This document shows positions 33,301 through 36,614 of a DNA stretch of 36,614 nucleotides, piece by piece (position 1 is the stretch's first letter; every line of letters starts with the position of its first letter). Under the pieces are notes generated by a model, which saw only the letters and a program-made list of their open reading frames with translations, was not told where the DNA came from and did not search any database. This stretch comes from Nemertoderma westbladi. Lineage: Eukaryota; Animalia; Xenacoelomorpha. A program made the position numbers and the translations under genes. The stretch covers positions 1-36,614 of the forward strand of contig JAUCBJ010002147.1 in the NCBI GenBank assembly GCA_032718475.1. The letters run 5' to 3'.

Positions 33301-36300
33301 ACGTTGGGTAGGCTGTGCGGAAACCAACTGCGTTATATTTGATTGCAGGTCATACGTTGGGTAGGCTGTGCGGAAACCAACTGCGTTGTATTTGATTGCA
33401 GGTCATAAGTTAGGTAGGCTGTGCGGAAACCAACTGCGTTATATTTGATTGCAGGTCATACGTTGGGTAGGCTGTGCGGAAACCAACTGCGTTATATTTG
33501 ATTGCAGGTCATACGTTGGGTAGGCTGTGCGGAAACCAACTGCGTTATATTCGATTGCAGGTCAGACGTTGGGTAGGCTGTGCGGAAACCAACTGCGTTA
33601 TATTTGATTGCAGGTCATACGTTAGGTAGGCTGTGTGGGAACCAACTGCGTTGTATTTGATTGCAGGTCATAAGTTAGGTAGGCTGTGCGGAAACCAACT
33701 GCGTTATATTTGATTGCAGGTCATACGTTGGGTAGGCTGTGCGGAAACCAACTGCGTTATATTTGATTGCAGGTCATAAGTTAGGTAGGCTGTGCGGAAA
33801 CCAACTGCGTTATATTCGATTGCAGGTCAGACGTTGGGTAGGCTGTGCGGAAACCAACTGCGTTATATTTGATTGCAGGTCATACGTTAGGTAGGCTGTG
33901 TGGGAACCAACTGCGTTGTATTTGATTGCAGGTCATAAGTTAGGTAGGCTGTGCGGAAACCAACTGCGTTATATTCGATTGCAGGTCAGACGTTGGGTAG
34001 GCTGTGCGGAAACCAACTGCGTTATATTCGATTGCAGGTCAGACGTTGGGTAGGCTGTGCGGAAACCAACTGCGTTATATTTGATTGCAGGTCAATACGT
34101 TAGGTAGGCTGTGTGGGAACCAACTGCGTTGTATTTGATTGCAGGTCATAAGTTAGGTAGGCTGTGCGGAAACCAACTGCGTTATATTTGATTGCAGGTC
34201 ATACGTTGGGTAGGCTGTGCGGAAACCAACTGCGTTATATTTGATTGCAGGTCATACGTTAGGTAGGCTGTGTGGGAACCAACTGCGTTGTATTTGATTG
34301 CAGGTTATAAGTTAGGTAGGCTGTGCGGAAACCAACTGCGTTATATTCGATTGCAGGTCAGACGTTGGGTAGGCTGTGCGGAAACCAACTGCGTTATATT
34401 CGATTGCAGGTCAGACGTTGGGTAGGCTGTGCGGAAACCAACTGCGTTATATTTGATTGCAGGTCATACGTTAGGTAGGCTGTGTGGGAACCAACTGCGT
34501 TGTATTTGATTGCAGGTCATACGTTAGGTAGGCTGTGTGGGAACCAACTGCGTTGTATTTGATTGCAGGTCATAAGTTAGGTAGGCTGTGTGGGAACCAA
34601 CTGCGTTGTATTTGATTGCAGGTCATAAGTTAGGTAGGCTGTGCGGAAACCAACTGCGTTATATTCGATTGCAGGTCAGACGTTGGGTAGGCTGTGCGGA
34701 AACCAACTGCGTTATATTTGATTGCAGGCCATACGTTAGGTAGGCTGTGCGGAAACCAACTGCGTTATATTCGATTGCAGGTCAGACGTTGGGTAGGCTG
34801 TGCGGAAACCAACTGCGTTATATTTGATTGCAGGTCATACGTTAGGTAGGCTGTGTGGGAACCAACTGCGTTGTATTTGATTGCAGGTCATAAGTTAGGT
34901 AGGCTGTGCGGAAACCAACTGCGTTATATTCGATTGCAGGTCATACGTTAGGTAGGCTGTGCGGAAACCAACTGCGTTATATTCGATTGCAGGTCATACG
35001 TTGGGTAGGCTGTGCGGAAACCAACTGCGTTATATTCGATTGCAGGTCATACGTTGGGTAGGCTGTGCGGAAACCAACTGCGTTATATTCGATTGCAGGT
35101 CAGACGTTAGGTAGGCTGTGCGGAAACCAACTGCGTTATATTCGATTGCAGGTCAGACGTTAGGTAGGCTGTGCGGAAACCAACTGCGTTATATTTGATT
35201 GCAGGTCATACGTTAGGTAGGCTGTGCGGAAACCAACTGCGTTATATTCGATTGCAGGTCAGACGTTGGGTAGGCTGTGCGGAAACCAACTGCGTTATAT
35301 TTGATTGCAGGTCATACGTTAGGTAGGCTGTGCGGAAACCAACTGCGTTATATTTCATTGCAGGTCATACGTTGGGTAGGCTGTGCGGAAACCAACTGCG
35401 TTATATTTGATTGCAGGTCATACATTAGGTAGGCTGTGCGGAAACCAACTGCGTTATATTTCATTGCAGGTCATACGTTGGGTAGGCTGTGCGGAAACCA
35501 ACTGCGTTATATTTGATTGCAGGTCATACGTTAGGTGGCTGTGCGGAAACCAACTGCGTTATATTTCATTGCAGGTCATACGTTGGGTAGGCTGTGCGGA
35601 AACCAACTGCGTTATATTTGATTGCAGGTCATACGTTGTGTAGGCTGTGCGGAAACCAACTGCGTTATATTTCATTGCAGGTCATACGTTGGGTAGGCTG
35701 TGCGGAAACCAACTGCGTTATATTTCATTGCAGGTCATACGTTGGGTAGGCTGTGCGGAAACCAACTGCGTTATATTTCATTGCAGGTCATACGTTGGGT
35801 AGGCTGTGCGGAAACCAACTGCGTTATATTTGATTGCAGGTCATACGTTGGGTAGGCTGTGCGGAAACCAACTGCGTTATATTTGATTGCAGGTCATACG
35901 TTAGGTGGCTGTGCGGAAACCAACTGCGTTATATTTCATTGCAGGTCATACGTTGGGTAGGCTGTGCGGAAACCAACTGCGTTATATTTGATTGCAGGTC
36001 ATACGTTGGGTAGGCTGTGCGGAAACCAACTGTGTTATATTTCATTGCAGGTCATACGTTGGGTAGGCTGTGCGGAAACCAACTGCGTTATATTTGATTG
36101 CAGGTCATACGTTGGGTAGGCTGTGCGGAAACCAACTGCGTTATATTTGATTGCAGGTCATACGTTGGGTAGGCTGTGCGGAAACCAACTTCCCCCGAAT
36201 TCAATTCTCAGTAGCGACAACTACGTGAAAGTCACCTTCCAAGCTGCAGCTAATAGTCCCGGAACTCATAAGGGATTCCGACTTAGTTTCAACTCCAGTA

Positions 36301-36306
36301 TCGAAG
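15085..36306 (+). CDS. CUBN: Cubilin-like multi-CUB-domain protein, partial gene (16 exons, 8 CUB domains)
   Basis: All 15 introns are GT-AG and phase compatible, and the 3090-nt spliced frame is open. Domain features follow my recollection of vertebrate cubilin CUB10-17: a domain lacking the first disulfide followed by a Pro/Thr linker, and later GHYLTL...GRLCGN...GFRLSFNSSIE. Orthology needs a database check. Confidence 0.75.
15493..18631. repeat. 63-bp minisatellite (about 50 copies, with 62- and 54-bp variants), intronic
   Basis: Unit TTCCACAGTAAACCCTTCCACTCTGTTTCCTAAAGGAATGCCTGTTCACCACCATGGGTGATC. Confidence 0.97.
18933..19092 (+). CDS. CUB gene exon B (CUB a, C-half)
   Basis: attag|VSYWSLYRDSYRNIYCGSTLPPEIISFDRSIKILFRSNDDNKVDTGFVVTATP|gtaatt; absent from the ORF track. 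Confidence 0.9.
19563..19685 (+). CDS. CUB gene exon C (CUB b, N-half)
   Basis: ttccag|(V)CGYFINATEDGFIRSPGYPERPIGFTQGIDCRWYLSLQHP|gttagt. Confidence 0.9.
19722..21595 (-). mobile_element. 5'-truncated RTE-like LINE, intronic and antisense, with two frameshifts
   Basis: Three overlapping ORF pieces: PVPKKGNL...NQNGFRKGR...FVDFFKAFDS; GVLQGDTLAPFLF...DLDFADD...FCYLGS; LLYGS..W...RLRFAGHCFR. Stop at 19762 followed by a short 3' tail. Boundaries approximate. Confidence 0.92.
21871..22203 (+). CDS. CUB gene exon D (CUB b, C-half)
   Basis: ttgcag|(T)QRITLMMDDINIG...CTNAALNIYEG...QYCDG...GFSLRYTVSDS|gttcgt. Confidence 0.88.
22584..22716 (+). CDS. CUB gene exon E (CUB c, N-half)
   Basis: tttcag|(A)CGGSYNISRGFIASPNYPDNFGTTEECEWRFEGTPGSTIIFHV(L)|gtaagt. 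Confidence 0.92.
22912..23622. repeat. 38-bp minisatellite (about 18-19 copies), intronic
   Basis: Unit AATAATAGTAA(A/G)CACAG(TAC/CAG)TGAGATAGTATCTGTGTT. Confidence 0.97.
23815..24038 (+). CDS. CUB gene exon F (CUB c, C-half)
   Basis: attag|DADMPVGNTEPNCGLGYLRI...KWCQ...LRFYWDHQTTSQGFRLQFRT|gtacgt. Confidence 0.88.
24251..24432 (+). CDS. CUB gene exon G (CUB d, N-half)
   Basis: tttcag|(V)YGGTIHSNSSYLASPGHPGEYQNHLHVDWTISVTPGYNIRIEFLSFSLEDSRRCRYDYLS|gtgagt. Confidence 0.92.
24758..24944 (+). CDS. CUB gene exon H (CUB d, C-half plus linker)
   Basis: tatag|FDDGDGMEPNRLCGNEIPAPYMSSGNRVRVVFSTDGYIKQTGFLLKWTQVPTSTPTVVPGQP|gtaata. Confidence 0.92.
25214..25417 (+). CDS. CUB gene exon I (CUB e, N-half)
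   Basis: ccatag|(A)PCNSTLTAG...NFPDLYPGNENCTWTLIA...CLQDYLLVE|gtgaga. Confidence 0.9.
25634..25780 (+). CDS. CUB gene exon J (CUB e, C-half)
   Basis: ccacag|(E)IGTNQIAPHKFCRF...SIGNALRVTLVTNGDDQGGIFSASYKQ|gtaagt. Confidence 0.88.
26294..26484 (+). CDS. CUB gene exon K (CUB f, N-half)
   Basis: atccag|(N)CGGLLTTHPGYIYSPNFPNAYPTGVDCHWSIQLP...CTNDYVT|gtaggt. Confidence 0.92.
26542..26635. mobile_element. Probable MITE/DNA-transposon remnant with clustered CGGGAT motifs
   Basis: TAGTGATTAAACGGGATC... with at least 6 CGGGAT copies in 90 bp, resembling subterminal repeats. No paired TIR or TSD found. Confidence 0.45.
26955..27026. repeat. Degenerate (CAGA)n microsatellite, possibly part of a Helitron-type remnant
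   Basis: GACAGACAGAC...TACAGACAGACCGACATAC repeats. Confidence 0.7.
27079..27304 (+). CDS. CUB gene exon L (CUB f, C-half)
   Basis: tcccag|IPPVPMDV...MHCGSG...SLTIVFHSS...GFNISYTEISR|gtgagt. Confidence 0.88.
27623..27794 (+). CDS. CUB gene exon M (CUB g, N-half)
   Basis: ccccag|(A)CGGQLTLSDHNVYFNISSP...AECDWSISAPLHERIHLIFNQLEFATPG(T)|gttagt. Confidence 0.9.
28142..28359 (+). CDS. CUB gene exon N (CUB g, C-half)
   Basis: ttttag|SGCRGARSFIEVDVDP...VRRLCQNMG...SVGRSLRLRYQTDMVSDNLFSAHYSI|gttagt; a different frame from the ORF track. Confidence 0.88.
29202..31588. repeat. 19-bp satellite (about 125 copies), intronic
   Basis: Unit AATCAACATCAC(TCGTGC/TTGTGC/TCGTGA/ACGCGC/ACGTGC)T. Confidence 0.97.
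31589..31614. other. Perfect 12-bp-arm inverted repeat capping the 19-bp array
   Basis: TAACGCTATAGC-GA-GCTATAGCGTTA. Confidence 0.9.
32022..32231 (+). CDS. CUB gene exon O (CUB h, N-half)
   Basis: ttgcag|(A)PCGGDYWLSKGTIQTPGYP...TECTWMLRGPRGHYLTL...CTDDYLIISEPAGS|gtacgt. Confidence 0.93.
32637..36190 (+). repeat. 53-bp tandem array (about 67 copies) made of an intron 3' end plus exon 5' end
   Basis: Unit gcgttatatttgattgcag|GTCATACGTTGGGTAGGCTGTGCGGAAACCAACT; the last copy continues into unique exon sequence. Confidence 0.97.
36157..36306 (+). CDS. CUB gene exon P (CUB h, C-half)
   Basis: ttgcag|(G)HTLGRLCGNQLPPNSILSSDNYVKVTFQAAANSPGTHKGFRLSFNSSIE|gtgagt; phase 1 matches exon O. Confidence 0.9.
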
Positions 36307-36614
36307 GTGAGTTGTATGGCGACGTTATTAGTGGTAGTACAACCGATACGAGACTAAATAGGCGCATTACAGTTGATCACGCATTACTGAGTTGGTCTAT
36401 GTAACAGTGGAAAAATATAACGCACTGTAGATTCATTTTTAAAAGTAGAATTCTCAGTACTCTAGTTTTACGTAGATTCTAGTTTTATAACTTTCTCCTC
36501 TGCAGAACGAAAAAAGAATCAAACCTTTTTCCGATCTCGAGAAAAGGAAGATTCTAGAATACTAATGAATTAATATATAAAGTATATAATAATATTAATT
36601 AATTTTCTACATAA

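Noticed and set aside
29202-36190. CRISPR-like appearance of the regular repeats
   Set aside because: Head-to-tail repeats with no unique spacers, no cas genes, and a eukaryotic intron context.

Overview
AT-rich eukaryotic (probably invertebrate animal) genomic DNA. Positions 15085-36306 hold 16 phase-compatible + strand exons (3090 nt, about 1030 codons) encoding 8 consecutive CUB domains. Their order and features resemble the CUB10-17 stretch of cubilin, and the gene runs off both ends of what is visible. The left part holds a GATATTGGTTATT-type satellite (1-612 and 3240-8211), an intact Gypsy/Ty3-type LTR retrotransposon on the minus strand (identical 263-bp LTRs, atypical CGC...GCG termini, LADD RT motif, no target-site duplication) and a truncated RTE-like LINE. 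The introns carry a second decayed RTE-like LINE and tandem arrays of 63, 38, 19 and 53 bp. The most unusual structure is the 53-bp array, which is about 67 tandem copies of a real 3' splice site plus the first 34 nt of the next exon. Every copy offers a CAG acceptor, nearly all as AG|GT, and can also be parsed as a 12-nt in-frame micro-exon plus a 41-nt GT-AG intron.
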